Origin: the human T2T-CHM13v2.0 reference genome, Homo sapiens
Length of the DNA: 64,000 nucleotides
Assembly: GCF_009914755.1 (NCBI RefSeq)
Contig: NC_060935.1
Reading direction: 5' to 3' (one strand)
This document shows, one piece after another, positions 28,661 through 43,859 of this stretch (position 1 is its first letter; the number at the start of each line of letters is the position of its first letter). The position numbers and the translations under genes are program-made. The notes under the pieces were generated by a model. The model was not told the DNA's origin and did no database searches. It was given only the letters and a program-made list of their open reading frames with translations.

Positions 28661-30289
28661 GTAAGTTGTCTTCTTTTCCTCCTCCATTTCTCCCCCAGCT
28701 CGCGGGTTCTGGAGGGCAAGATGACACCCTCAGGTGTCCATCACCTGGGCAGCAGGCTTTCACAGGGAACCTGCTAGACTGGGAGCCAGGGGGGATAAGG
28801 AAAAGCTTAGGGCAGGTCCAAGTTTAGGAAATTGGAGATCTCCGTGGCTGCAGGCTGCCCTGTGCGTTGGGAGCCCAGCCATAAACACCTTCACTTCTGG
28901 CACTAGACCAGGGCTACCTGGGGGTGCCCCAGATCTCCCAGCAGTGGTTTGAGAGGCAACAGTGGCCAGGAGTGGGTGGGGTGTGGAGGACATTTTTCAC
29001 CTGGTAGGACTCTTCCTTCAAATGGGAGCAGGGAGGGCCAGGATGGGGGGCGGTGCCCCCCTCAGCCTTAGATCCCCAGCCTAATCTTGCTTTCTCTTTT
29101 AAGTGTGGCCAAACTGGAAACACGGCCTTGTGATTTCTGCCCCCCTCGCTGCCCAAGTCACTTCCTGCGTACCTCCCTATCTCCTTTTAAAGAGCTTTCA
29201 AATGGTTCAGAAAGGCCAGGGGTCAAGGCTGTGAGGACAGAGGATAGGGAACAGAGAAGGCCGGCCTTGTCATTGCTCCCCTTCTCTTCAAGTCAGTGCT
29301 TCTCCCTGCAGAGCTGTTGGCCCCCTGGTTTTATCTGTGCCTTCCCTCAAACAGGGCTCTCCAACCCCAGGGGCTGTGGAGGGCCTCAGGTCCGGACCCC
29401 AAAGTTCTAGGGCCTACCCTGAACATCAGGGTGAGCAACACCAGCCCAAAACCTGTTCCAGGAGCCTTTTCAAACACCAGAAGAAGATCAACAGGAACAC
29501 GCCAAGTATTTTACTCTGTTTCAATCCTTTTAATAAGCTGAGATTATCATCCTCATTCTACAGGTGAAAAATTGAAGCCCAGAGAGGCTGTGCAATTTGC
29601 CTCAGGTGCACAGCTCATAAAGGGAGATTCTCTCCTATATCTGACTCCAAAATGTGCCTCGTTTTCATCAAAAGCCATATGGTTTATCGGGCTTTCTGGT
29701 TCTCAAAGCACTTTTCCATGTGAGGAAAAGGCTAATATTTATGAAACCAAGGTGCCGAGCTATATACGTTTACATGAGTTCATCTTGACACCAGTCCTGT
29801 GGGGCAGAGCTTATTTCTTCTGTTTTATAGATGAGAGTAAGGGTAACAGAATTCCAGGCACTAAGTGGCAGCAGCACTGCTATCTCCAAAACTCTTGTCC
29901 TCTGGCTTTAAATCCAGGGTCTTTCCACTAACAAAAGCTAATTCTGAAAGCTGCTCTTGTCTTTCCACATCCCTGCTTTTCCTCAAAGCCAGGTGTAAAT
30001 TGCATCATCTGGCTGAATGAGGCGCTCAGGCTTCCTGGAATCTGAGGAACGAACAGGGCAGAGCAAATGATGTGGGAGTTAGAGGCCCATGGTTGGACTC
30101 TGGCATAAAGAGTTTGGTCAGCTTGGCTGGTATTTTAAACTATCTATGGACCCCACCTGAGATGGCACCATTCTGCCTAGAGGCATAAGGCCTTTAGTGG
30201 GAGGCCTGGGGCACAGCGTATGTGCTTCTTGGAAGAGCAGCAGCAGGGCCACCATTGAAAGACAGGAAACAACACATAGAGAAATTGCT

Positions 30290-30400
30290 GGCTCAGGAGG
30301 CTGAGGTAAGGGGATTACTTGAGCCCAGGAGTTCAAGACCAACTGGGGCAACATAGCAAGACCCCATCTCAAAAAAAAAAGAAATAAAAAAGAAAAAGAA
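30290..30400 (+). mobile_element. Alu monomer fragment (FLAM/AluJ-like)
   Basis: ggaggctgagg...ttgagcccaggagttcaagacca...gaccccatctcaaaa. Confidence 0.8.
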
Positions 30401-33159
30401 AGGATAGAAAATTTGCCTATACATTCCACAAAGCACAAGGATTGTCCCCAGAACAACGTTCTAGACCTACTACCTAGCTCTCCAACAGAAAGGGAACCAG
30501 CCACTCAGGCATGGCTGTTTTCTGGCCTCTCCAAAAGCTGCTATAAACTGCCGGCATTACTCACAGGCAGCATTTTTTAAGTAGCCTGCCTGTGCTCTAT
30601 CCAGTGAGCAGTTCAGCTAAACGAGGAGCCAAGGGTGAGGGGGGGGTCAAAGCGAACCTGGGCCACATTCACTCTGCCCAGGGCTGTCCCCAAAGCTTAG
30701 CTGTCTTCTCTGGGATGAAGTCAGATCTTAGTGGGGTTCCCCACCATGGCTTCCCTGGAGTCTGCTGGCAAGTCCTGAGCAGTGCAGAGCTCTTTGTCTG
30801 TGGGTCCAGCAGAGACACGTGTGTGGCCCTGTCACAGCAGTACTCAGCCTCGCTGTCCCTGGTGCCAAGCAAAATCCCTTTGGGGCTTTCTGCAAGCACC
30901 TGACTGGGTTTCTTGTCCAGGAATTTGGGAGACTCTGAAGGCTGCTCTAGTCATCCGTGATGAAGTAAACCCCCAAGGAGGGAAGAAACGACTAGAATGC
31001 CCATTCTCTGGTTTCCATTTCCCCTTCAAATGACCTGATTCTTCCTGCCTGCGGTGGGCGAAGCCACAAACAGGTGTCCTGTGCTTTCATGTACTTGAAA
31101 ACTGCATCCACTTCTGCATTGTTTTTTTTTTTTTCTTGTTCAACAACCATTCATTTGGTCACCTATCATGTGCCAGCAATCATTAATTTTTGAAAACCTT
31201 GGAATGTGATCGTTGGGGCAGCGTTATGCTTTTTGTTTAGGAGAATGTTAGCAAACACTCACATTTTCTGAGCCAATACTGATTGACTATTTAGGCTGGA
31301 GGTGGAAGGATGGTGGAGAGAAGGCAGGGGTCAGGGAATCCATAGGTAGTTCAAAGGGGCCATTTTTGGATGAAAATGTTCACTGTGTATGAGCTATAGA
31401 CAGGTCATTGAGGGCTGGCAGTGTTTCCAAGTGCGGATCTGTCATCAGATAACTGTTAAGATAGTCGTCAGCCACGAAGGAATCTTTCTGTGTTTTGTTT
31501 TTATTTTCTAAAGAAAAAAACAAGAAGAATGGGAGTTCCAGTTCAAAAGATTGTAGTGAGGTATTTGAGTAAGAATACCTGAGTGTATTTCTCAAAAAGA
31601 CTTGTGAAGTGGCTTTCCCTGGAATTGTTTTAAAACAGAGTGGACAGCTTCCACTTCTGACATTCTGCCAGCCAGGGCTGGCGTGAGCGGCTGCCTCTGA
31701 AGGCCCTGCCTGTGCAGCAGCAGCTTATCTAGTTCCTCCTACCTTGACATTCTGATAAGGGAGCTATTCTAGTCAACAGGGCCCAGGATGGCGGGAACCC
31801 TTGCCAAGAGCCGTGCTAAGTTAAATGGTAGAGCCAAAGCTTTAATATGTGACCCTGGAGATCCTGGCTAGTGCTTAAAATGTTAACTTCCATTATCGTT
31901 CCAGGCCAGAGCAAGCTGAGGGCAAAGGTCATGGATCATCTGAACAGTTGGCAGGTGGCAACGGCACTTCCTGGTCACCAGGGATCAATCAATAGGGTGG
32001 CCAGATAGTATGGGGGACAGGAAAGGGTGAGGGTGGGGGAGAAATGGAGGGGTTGGGGAGGGAAGGAGAGAGCAAACTTGGAGTCTCATTCTCATCCCCT
32101 GTGACTTGGCGGTCCGGGGCTGGGTGTACTGCTCACCCTACACCTTCTCCCAGATTTCAGGCACCCGACTTTACAGTCAGGGAGGTCCAATGCCATCATC
32201 CTACATTATTTCCTGCTGCTCAGAAAGGAAAATGGGAGTGGGGTGCAGTGCAAGAACCAAGAGGACCTCAGATGCCTCCTGGGACCAAACCTGTGTCTTC
32301 CCCTTAGAGTGTGCCCCCACCGCCCCCAACCCCAGGGATGACTGCACTGCTGAGCACTTGGTGCCTGGAACCCTGGGCAGTGGGAGGTGCTGCTTCTGCT
32401 TCAGCAAGGGGGCTGTCCAGCAGTGCCAGCAGAAGCCATGGGTGTCAGGCCCCAGGAACCAGCCCACTGGACATCACAGTATGAAGGCTTCCCCGGCCAA
32501 GTCAGGTTGCTTTGTGAAGTGTCCTTCTCCAGAAGAACTCCCTCAAAAATGAGTAGGGAGCTCCTAACACAGGCCAGACCTTGTGTAGGCACCTGAGCTA
32601 GACAGGGGGATCTTCCACACCGGGCCTGCCTGCCCTCTGAGCTCTCAGACCACTGCCTGGGGGCGGGCAGAGCTGCTGGAGAGACTCCAGCATCCGTGCT
32701 GCGCGCCCTTAGGGAGAGGCACAGGCATCGCCGGGGCGAAGGCAGGCTGCTCTTATGGAGCAGGGAAGGCTTCTAAGGGGGCTTGAGAAACAGGTTTGCT
32801 GGTGAAGGGGTAGAAGGAGCCCAGGGAGGGGTTTGGAAAGGAGGGAGCCAAGGCCAGACACAGGGCAGTAGGAGGGAGGCCTGGGCCTGCGGCTGTCCCA
32901 GGGCACCTGCCCCCAGCCCCAACCACCTCTCCTGCATCTCTTTCAATCTCCCCTGACTCCTCCTAGACACTCACGCTTGGTCACATTTTATTTCCTTTCT
33001 CTTCCTCTCCCTCTCTCTCTTTCTCAGTTTGGTTCTTTTTTTCCCCTCCATTTTTGTCTTTTTTCACTCATTCTCTTGATCATAAATGCCGTTTAGTGTA
33101 TTTATGCTTCTTTAACTCAATCTCTTTGCTGCAGTCATTCTTTATTTTTCCACTAAATG

Positions 33160-35290
<2,131 letters not shown>

Positions 35291-35610
35291 TTTTGCTCTG
35301 CCATGAACTAATTGTGTCGCCTTGGACATTAGTCTTTCAGACCTTCAGTTCTCTTTCTGTAAAATGTGTCTAATAACACCTACCTTGAAATGCCATGGGA
35401 AAGTCAAATAAGTTAGCGCATGAGCAGTGCCCCATGGCAAGCGCCAAGATGCAGTTCCCTTCAGCTGGGTCTCTCATCTGTTCTTTGTTTCCTCCTCCTC
35501 AGCTTTCGTTCTAATGCCCACATCCACTTACACTTCACTTTGTCTTTCCTTTTTGTCCTTTGCTTTTTTAAATCCTTCTTTCATTCTCAACTCCTTACTC
35601 TGATTTTTCT

Positions 35611-35912
35611 ATTTCTTTCTTTCTTTCTTTTTTTTAGACAGAGTCTCACTCTGTCACCCAGGCTGGAGTTCAGTGGCGCAATCTCGGCTCACTGCCAACC
35701 TCTGCTGTCTGCGATTCTCATACCTTAGCCTCCCGAATAGCTGGGACTACAGGAACTCACCACCACGCCCAGCTCATTTTTTTTGTATTTTTAGTAGAGA
35801 TGGAGTTTCACCATGTTCGCTACGCTGTTCTCGAACTCCTGACCCCAGGTAATCCGCCTGCCTTGGCCTCCCACAGTTCTGGGATTACAGGCGTGAGCCG
35901 CCGTGCCTGGCC
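35611..35912 (-). mobile_element. Alu
   Basis: (TTTC)n/T tail, agacagagtctcactctgtc...gtgcctggcc. Confidence 0.93.
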
Positions 35913-36039
35913 TTTCCTATTTCTTTCACTTTGTTTTTCTCTTATTCTCAATGGATTTTTCTGTTTCATTTCTTATCCCATGATATTTGTCTATCTCCTC
36001 TTTCTTGAATCATTTAAGCATTCCATTTTTGTGGAGTTG

Positions 36040-36270
36040 CTCAGACACTGAGTGTGAGTCAAGGGCCACTCAGCCTGGGTTCAACTCCAGATCAACCACT
36101 TACTAGATTTGGGGCAGTTGACTCACCCTCCTGCACCTCAGTTTTCTCATCTATAAAATGGGGAGAACAGTATCTACCTGGTACCTTTTCTGAAATGATT
36201 AAATGAGTTTATACATGTAAAGCATTTGGAATAAAATTGGGTATACGGTACAGCCCCAGTAGGTGACGAT
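36040..36270 (+). mobile_element. MIR
   Basis: cctgggttcaactccag...cctcagttttctcatctataaaatgggg MIR core. Confidence 0.75.
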
Positions 36271-38109
36271 AATTACTGGGATTTTACCTGTTATGTCCAG
36301 TTTCTGTGGCTCTTTCTCACATTTACCATCCCTCACCATCTCATCCTTTTCACTTGTATATGAATATATTCAAACTCACATTATCTTGCTTTCAGGCTGT
36401 TGTCTCTGTGCACTTCTACCTCATCTTCCCTAATCATCACTGATAAATTGGCACCAGCCCAGGAAATCTGTCCCTTGGGTTATAGACAGGAAACAAGTGG
36501 TTTTTCATTTTGATTTAATTATTAATCCCTTTTATTATTTAATGTGGAATACATACACTGTGGGGTTACAATGAAGAAAATGGATTATCACTGTGCGGCT
36601 CACTTTCAAAGAGATGGCAGGCTTAAAAAGGAAAAGTACCAGACAGACAGAAACAAACGTGGGGAAAAAGCAAAATTAATTAATTTGATTTCCGTGCCCT
36701 TTTCATGGCCATGACTTTTCATACATCTTCTGTGAGATCCAGGAGGATGCATGTGGATTTTGCAAGTAAGCCAAGCGAGGTATTAAAGGGAAGGGGTGTA
36801 AGGAGTGGCGAGTGGCCCACAGTGGCTCACCAGGGAGGGCAGAAAAATATTCATCCTAAGCAAATGGGAGCCTGGCAGGTTGGGAAACTCAGTCACAAGC
36901 TCACGGGCCTGCTCCATACGTACAGTCCTCAATAATGGGCTTGGTCTGTGATGCAAAGCTACCTGAAAGGCACTCACCTATCACTAACCCTTTCGAATCT
37001 ATATTCCATACCTTGAATCGGGCCTAATATCTGCCCTTTAAAAAATTGCTGAATATATTTAGACTCACTTAGATACACTGGGCAGAGGGATATTTTAAAT
37101 ACCATCAAAATGGTCTTTTTGTCTCTGTATTTTCTCCAAAGAATTGAACTCCCCAAGCAAAATGCCAGATCTGCCTGCGCTCCTTTCAGACTAGAATTCT
37201 GTCTCCCTTTAAAGATCCTTACATGAAACACCATTTAATCCTTCTCTCTCTGCCTTTTTGTGTTTATGGTGACCTCTCAGTATTTTGGTTTCTTTAATGA
37301 CAAAGTAACCATGGAATTAGTCCACAGCATTTCTAGGGTACGTGTTTCTCTCCAGATATCAAAAAATAATGCATGAGGTTTTATTACTTCCTTAGGCTTG
37401 TGGTGGGGAATCCTCCAAGGATGGAGTTAAAATGAACAGCCAATACTCTCTCGCTCCTCTGGGCTACCCGAGGCTCTGCAGGCCCCAAACTCACCTTCTG
37501 TTGCCCCATTCGGCACCAGCCACCCCCCTTTGTTGTGCAGCCAGAAGCCAGGGCCGCCTGGCAGGCCTATTGCTAAATCTCCCAGTGTTTGTATTACATA
37601 AAACTTCACAGTCGGTGTTTCTGTGTCTACAATGCCAGAATCCTGGAAATGAGTTAACCCAAATTTGTGTGCCTTCTGGCAAGCCCAACTATCCAACTAC
37701 AAAAGGGGACTAATGTGATAGGATTCTCCTGAGCCAACACAGGAGTTGAAAGAGCCCAACAGAGGTGCAAACTGCCATTATGATTCCATGATAATAATTC
37801 CACATACTAGGAATACCGGGATTATTTCAGACCTTATATCTGCTCTTAACCTATACCAATCCAATCCAGGGGGGCCAAGTACATTATACCAGTATTTGGT
37901 AGGATAGAATTTTTCCTGATAAAATGGCAGAGATGTCATGAACATTAGGATTTCCACAAATATTTCTATTTCTTATATAGGAAAGAGACCCAGGGTGGTA
38001 ACCTGTAGAGTAACATGTAATGTGGAGCATAGGATGTGGCCAGGAGAGTCAGGGTTATGATTCAGAACCAAGATGGCTGGACTCAAATGGGTGTGAAGTG
38101 GGAGGGTGG

Positions 38110-38310
38110 GAAAGCGTGGGTTCTGAAGTCAGGCCGCTGTCAGTTCAAACCCAGGTTCTGCTGCTTGCAAGCCATGTGGTCTCTGGCAAGTTCCCTCCCT
38201 GCTCTGAATCTCAGTCTCCTGATCTGAATAATGGACACATTACACTTATTCCACAGTGTTGCTGAGCTGATCAAGTGTGTTAACACGTGTAAGGCACCCA
38301 GTCCAGAGCA
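38110..38310 (+). mobile_element. MIR
   Basis: gttcaaacccaggttctg...ctcagtctcctgatctgaataatgg. Confidence 0.6.
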
Positions 38311-39489
38311 GTGCACGCAAACACACACACACACACTTCACTTCCAGAGCTGTTCTGCAAAGAAAAACCAAAAGGCAGTACAAGCTGCTGCAGGCAATGA
38401 ATTGATGACGTGTTTAAAACAAAAGCAAAAAGAGTGCAAAGGCCATGGAGAATGCGGCACAGACAGGAAAGATGCTCCCTAAAGAGCTTGCCCAGGTCAG
38501 GATGTCTCCGAGCAAAACGAGGGACACTGAGTGACTCTGGGAGCAACCTCAGTCCTGCATCCTCGTCAACACCCTGACTGTTCTCAACAATAATCCCACC
38601 CATGTGGGGAGCTCCCCTTTGAGGGACTGAGGCAGCCCAGAAAGGAGGCACAGGATGTACTGAGAAGGGGAAACCTGGGCGTCAGTGACAGCTCCCCAGG
38701 GATGGTGGGTCTGAGCAACGCTGATGCAGCGGAGCCCCTCACCCACCTGAGATGCCTCGTCCGCCTTCCCAGCAGCTCCCTTCCGCAGAGTGCTTAACAG
38801 CTTGGCAATCAGAGAACGCTGTGTGCACGGACAGCTCCGCGGGGATGAAGTGTCCCATCTGACAAAGACTGTTCTGAGATCCGCGCTGTCCCTGCCTGGC
38901 TCTGCGTTTCACTGAAAGCCCCTTGCCCTGATTCTAGCCCTCAGCCCCCACGCACAGCCACCGGCGACTCTAGCCACCCTGGATAGTAAAGGTGCCCTTT
39001 CTGGGGCATTCTGCTTCGAGAAGAGGCGGAAGAGCTGTGCATGCCTGGAGCCCCTGGGAGCCCATGACAGCCAGGAGCATCCTGGGCATAAAAATCAGCA
39101 CCTGGGGCCTCATTCCACTCATCTCGCACACCTCTGCAGTCCCTTCCACGATGCCCTCACCGCTGGTAATCAGCATCCATTACATCGGCGCCAGGAACCA
39201 GCTCAGGAGGCCACCTGATCCGCCCTCCTGTCCCTCCAGCCCTCCTCTGGAAGGACTCAGCGCTTGCAGTCAGACATCTCTCCCCATTGAGACCATTTTT
39301 ACTGTTGGTGAACTGGAGGACTATCGCACTGCCCAAGACACTGTTCTCTGCAGCAGGTTTGCACAGGGTGCCAGTTAGGGAGGAGAAGGCAGCGAGGAAC
39401 CCCGCACTTTAAGGAACAGGGATGTCATAGCAGCCGTCTGCATGGGGGAGGGGGCTGGGGAGCACAGGGCTATTGGCAAGGAGACAGGG

Positions 39490-39646
39490 CTAGTTAGGAC
39501 CACCGGAACCAGGCTGATGGGCACTGAGGGGGTAGCCCAGGCGGCCCTCTCTACTATCATGGGCCTTGCAGATTGAGTTCTCCTCTTCCTGCCGGGCCGC
39601 CTGCCTTTGTTGTCCTGAGGACTGACAGGTAATGTTTGTGGCAGAC
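39490..39646 (-). CDS. C11orf45: C11orf45 putative ORF, coding part 3 (SATNITCQSSGQQ...GSGGPN*)
   Basis: Acceptor caacag|G. 136+145+157=438 nt = 145 aa + stop. The C-terminus equals ORF-track 39490..39711. Confidence 0.55.
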
Positions 39647-40299
39647 CTGTTGGTGCAAACAGGGAGGCTGTGAGAGGAATTCAGTGGCACTACCACAACT
39701 CTTAACAGCACTCTCAGCCTAACTCACAACGCAGCCCAACATGTCCATGGGCAGAAAAGGCCTCTCTCCGACTCCCTAGCCCAGAAATACGAACCGGCAG
39801 CTGACAGACTGAATCTGACTCACACATAGATTCTCTATGGCTTGCTCACTTTTTCAAAAATTGTTGAATTAGTGGTCAACATGGAAAAAAAATTTCATCT
39901 TCAAAAGTTTAATTTCTGGCTTTTCTGGAAAAAGCAAAGGGAGGATCTTGCAGTACTGGCTCCACGGCATGGCAAGGCAATAATGAACTAGAGCCGAGTA
40001 GCAGCTGCCGCTTTAGAACTGCGTGTGTGTACAGCTCACCACAGTCCCCACCACCCCCTACCATGTCCCCCAAACCCAGGGCAAGTTTTGGTTGCATTTA
40101 TCATGGGTTTGTATATGTGCTTTTCCTAAAATAAAGAGAATGCAACATTTTAAATGTTTCTCTACATCAAAATATGAAAATGAAGCTCTAAGACATCCCA
40201 TTTAAATAAAAATAGGAGAAAGCCTACTAATTGCACGTGACCAAGAAGGATGTAGAGTGTGTCTGTGTTGGAAGAACGCGATCCGGCAGCTGCACTCAC

Positions 40300-40444
40300 C
40301 TCACACAGCCACAGCCGTGGGTGTAGACGGCAGAGCTCAGCACAGACTCACAGGTTCTGGTTACTATGGCATGCACATCCTGCCCAGCTGAGAAATTCCA
40401 GAGTGAGGAGGTGTTACCCTCACTCCTGACAGAGGCAGACCTGC
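40300..40444 (-). CDS. C11orf45: C11orf45 putative ORF, coding part 2 (GRSASVRSEGNTSSLWNFSAGQDVHAIVTRTCESVLSSAVYTHGCGCVR)
   Basis: Acceptor ctaag|G and donor GAG|gtgagt; 145 nt, frame maintained. Confidence 0.55.
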
Positions 40445-40909
40445 CTTAGATGAAGGAGAATCCAGTGAAGGGGTGTTAAGAATGAAATCAGTGGCTGCTA
40501 GTTAGTGGTCTTGTTTCTACTGCGGGGGCCGTTGTCCAAGCAGACCTTCAGAGAGTGACGGGGCACTCTTGGTGATGATGCCAGAATGACAGGTGTTACC
40601 TGGGATGCATGGACATCTTATTTCCTGGGAGCAATCAGGGACCTCTGGGGGCAAGTATTGTGCTTAGAAACACCGAGGAGCAGCTGTTAGATGAGTAGGG
40701 AGCATGCTGGAGGGGAGCAGGAGGGAGAGGGAGAACACAGCCCTGGCTGGCGGGAAGTGACCCGAGCTGCCGGGCAGCTTGTGCACAGCGGACCACATGG
40801 CAGGAAATCATGAGTTCCTTCCCTGGTGCTCCCCCCGGGACTCAGAACAACCCCATCACACCCAGAGGGCTCAGGAGGAACCAACCTCCCAGGCAGCGGT
40901 GGCTGCACT

Positions 40910-41110
40910 TAGAGCCTTTGGAATCAGACAAAACCTAGCCCGCTGCTTAGTAACTGTGTGGCCTGAAGCAAGCTACCACATCACTCTGCTTTTGTGACCT
41001 GTAAAATGAGGCGACTAAAACGGACTTAATAGATCTGTTTCAGGATTAAATGATACAATGCATGAAAAACACTCAGCACAAAGATGGCACAGAACAGGGA
41101 TTCCATGCTG
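40910..41110 (+). mobile_element. MIR
   Basis: gcctttggaatcagaca...cctgtaaaatgagg...ggattaaatga. Confidence 0.6.
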
Positions 41111-41363
41111 GAGCTATTATTACTGTTTGCTCCCCTGTTCTCAGGCCCACAAGGCTCTGCCACCTCACCCTGCTCACTGGACGCCTTCCTCACCAGGGCC
41201 TTCCTGACTCTTCCTCGCCCACCCCAGACAAGCCAAATTCAGGACTGCACCCTGGCCTCTCTCTCACTCTCTACTGCACTGATTTTTTTTGCCTGTGTAC
41301 TCCCCACCAGACCAGGAACTCCTTGCGGACAGAGAACGCATCAAGGGTCGTCAATCTCATTAC

Positions 41364-41499
41364 CTGTTGGAGTCACCTGGGGCCAGATTCTGGGACTAGG
41401 CATCAGCACGTTGTCCAGCTCCCAGCTGATGGCAGCGTGCGTCCAGGGCGGAGAGGTCGTGCTACTCAGGTGTGCACTGAGGACCAGCCGCGTCAACAT
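41364..41499 (-). CDS. C11orf45: C11orf45 putative ORF, coding part 1 (MLTRLVLSAHLSSTTSPPWTHAAISWELDNVLMPSPRIWPQVTPT)
   Basis: ATG at 41499 and donor CAG|gtaatg. Matches the recalled C11orf45 N-terminus. Protein-coding status is doubtful. Confidence 0.55.
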
Positions 41500-41583
41500 C
41501 ACTGCGGCTTCTTAGCAAAACCGCGGACTCTGGAAACCCCAGACCTACAGAATCAGAACCCGCATTTTAGCCAGATCCCCAGG
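41459..41583 (+). mobile_element. MER5A1-like hAT-Charlie MITE
   Basis: gtgctactcaggtgtg...ggaccagc...ccccagacctacagaatcagaacccgcattttagccagatccccagg closely follows the MER5A1 consensus as I recall it. Confidence 0.7.
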
Positions 41584-41989
41584 AAGGGAAAGCACAGGAA
41601 CGAATGCCAGTGAAGTGTGAGTCGACCTCCTTCTATCCCCAGAGCTCAACATAATTCAAACACCCAGTGGGTGTTGAGTGGGGGTTCGCTGACTAATTGA
41701 CTGAGTGAGTGAAGCCCTGTGTCAGCTTCCACTGGGATTTCACACCTACTCCATCATGTGCTATGAAACAAACAGGCTCAAAAAGCAAACCCGTAAAACG
41801 TTCAGAAATTCAAAAATAGACACAGACCTAAGTTGATAGAACAAATAGCTGCAAAATGGTGCGGTTTTTAAATGAAATACCTGACGGGTTTTTAAAGATT
41901 TATTACCACCGGGCTCTGTGCCATTAAACCTCCGAGTACACTAGAGGATAATTTTGTTTTGTTTTAAGGTTGGTAATTGTGAAAAGCTG

Positions 41990-42960
41990 GGAAACCAGGA
42001 CTGGCCCCTGGGAGGATCCTGTCCACCGGTGTGGCTTGGGCACAGTCTCTGGGTGGCTGGGGCCGCTGGCCCGCCCTTCCTCCAGGAAGAGAGACCCGCT
42101 GGCGGGGAGTCCCCGGCACTGCCAACGGCCTCCCCACGCCCGTTCCCTGGGGACAGGGCCTCTGTCTCCCCTCCGCAGGCCCCTCCTGGCTCTCACCCTC
42201 CCACCCCGCATCCCCCAGCCCCGCCTCCTCCGCAGCCGCAGAGCTGCAGCTGGCCAGGGGGCCACACCCAGGCGTCGAGCACCGCCTTATCCAGCCGCAC
42301 TGGGGGCTTCGTCCCCTGCGGGGTGAGGGGTCTCCCCTGTGTCACCCTCCGAGGCCACGCTAGACGTTGTGGCGCTCAGGGCTCCCGGTTCCTGCCGCGC
42401 TGGGGCTCCCCCGTCCCAGCCTCCCTCCCCACCTCTCCCAGGCTCCCCTCCCCTGTCGCAGCCACCCTCCCCCGTCCCAACCTCCTCCCCTTCTCTCGCA
42501 CGATCCGGCCAAGAGATGGCGGGGTGGCGGGAGGGGCGCTCTGGCGACCCCGGAAGCGAGAAGCAGGCCTCTGCAGGGCCAGGGATGAAGGTGCAAGGGA
42601 AAGCCCTGGGACCTGGACCTTAGGCGTGGGAGGGACGAAAGGGAAAGGTCTTAGAAAATTCCTCAGGCGTGGCTTCTGGGGGGGCGGGGCGGGGGGAGGA
42701 AAGGGGCACGGGTTCCCGGTCTCGTAGACGCTGCAGCGGAGCAGAGCCTCTAGGCATGCCCTCATCTAGAGCAGCTGCTGCGGAATCCGGGGAGCCTGCA
42801 GCACTAGCCGTGCGATTCCGGGCGAGGTTTTTAAACTCTCACCTGTTTTCCCCTTTTGTAAACTGAAGATAATGCCTCTCTCCCGGGAGTGGGAGCACGA
42901 TGCTGACACACCGTAGGAACTCGGGACTTGCTGATTCTCCTTCCTTATCCTCAAGGCGTT
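41990..42960. promoter_or_regulatory. Intragenic CpG island (KCNJ5-AS1 promoter / possible alternative KCNJ5 promoter)
   Basis: High CpG density; GC boxes and G-tract ggggggcggggcggggggagg at ~42679-42699. Confidence 0.75.
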
Positions 42961-43266
42961 TGAAGCACTCCTGCCCCTCACCCCCACCCCTCCAGCCCCT
43001 TTCCCAGCCCTGCCCCCTGGTGGAAAATCCTAAGAGCTACCTCTCAGGAGGGCTCCTGTAAACCAGGCACTGTACACACACCTTTCATTTCATCTTCGCA
43101 GCAGCTCTTTTTGGTGAGTACTGTTATCCCCATTTTGCAAATAAAGCAACGGAAGCTTAGAGAAGTAACTTTTCCAAATGTGCCTCAGCTCCAGGCAAAA
43201 TAGGAACCTAGGTCATCTGATGCCAGAGTCAGCCTTCCTAACTGTTTATGATCCGACTTCCCTTTC

Positions 43267-43859
43267 TGTACTGGATTTTCTATTTCTGCCATAACAGATG
43301 ACCACAGACATAGTGGCTGGAAACAGCACCCACTTATCAGCTCACAGTTCTGTAGGTCAGAAGTCCAGGCTTGATGCGACTGTGTCCTCTGCTCTGTTCC
43401 CACAAGGCCAAAACCAGGGTGTCAGCGAGGCCAGCATTCTCATGTGGAACTCAGGGCCCCCTTCAAGCTCCTGTGGTTCTGGCAGAATTCAGGTCTTTGT
43501 GGTTGTAGGACTGAGGTCCTCACTTTTTTGCTGGCTATCATCTGGGGGCTGCTCTCAGCTCCCAGAGGTCACCCACATTCCTTGCCGTGTGGCCCCCTCC
43601 ATCTTTAAAACCAGCAAAGGAGAAGCCCCCTCTGTCTAATTCCTCTAATAATTTGAATCTCTTACTTCGGGAAAAGCCCAATCCCTTCAAAGGGCTTGTG
43701 ATTGGGTCAAGCTCACCCCAGATGAACTTTCTTTCTTCAGTTCAGCTCTGCCATATGACATGCCCCAGTCATGGGAGTGAGGATTTCCTGGGGTTCCTCA
43801 GGGGGTGTATACCAGGGGGCAGGAATCACGAGGGTGTGTTGGAATTCTGCCTACTTACA
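43267..43859 (-). mobile_element. MLT1 (MaLR) LTR
   Basis: ttctgccataacagatgaccacagacatagtggct...cacagttctgtaggtcagaagtcc...gaattctgcctacttaca. Confidence 0.75.

Larger units (their letters stand above)
36505..42640 (-). ncRNA. KCNJ5-AS1: KCNJ5-AS1 / C11orf45 antisense transcript within KCNJ5 intron 1 (ends approximate)
   Basis: Canonical minus-strand splice sites define exons 41364-41544, 40300-40444 and a last exon starting at 39646. Minus-strand AATAAA at 36531-36536. The CpG island at ~42-43 kb is the likely promoter. Confidence 0.7.

Noticed and set aside
38826-38892. Two REST right half-sites (CACGGACAGCTCC; GCGCTGTCC)
   Set aside because: No matching left half-sites, so too weak to call.
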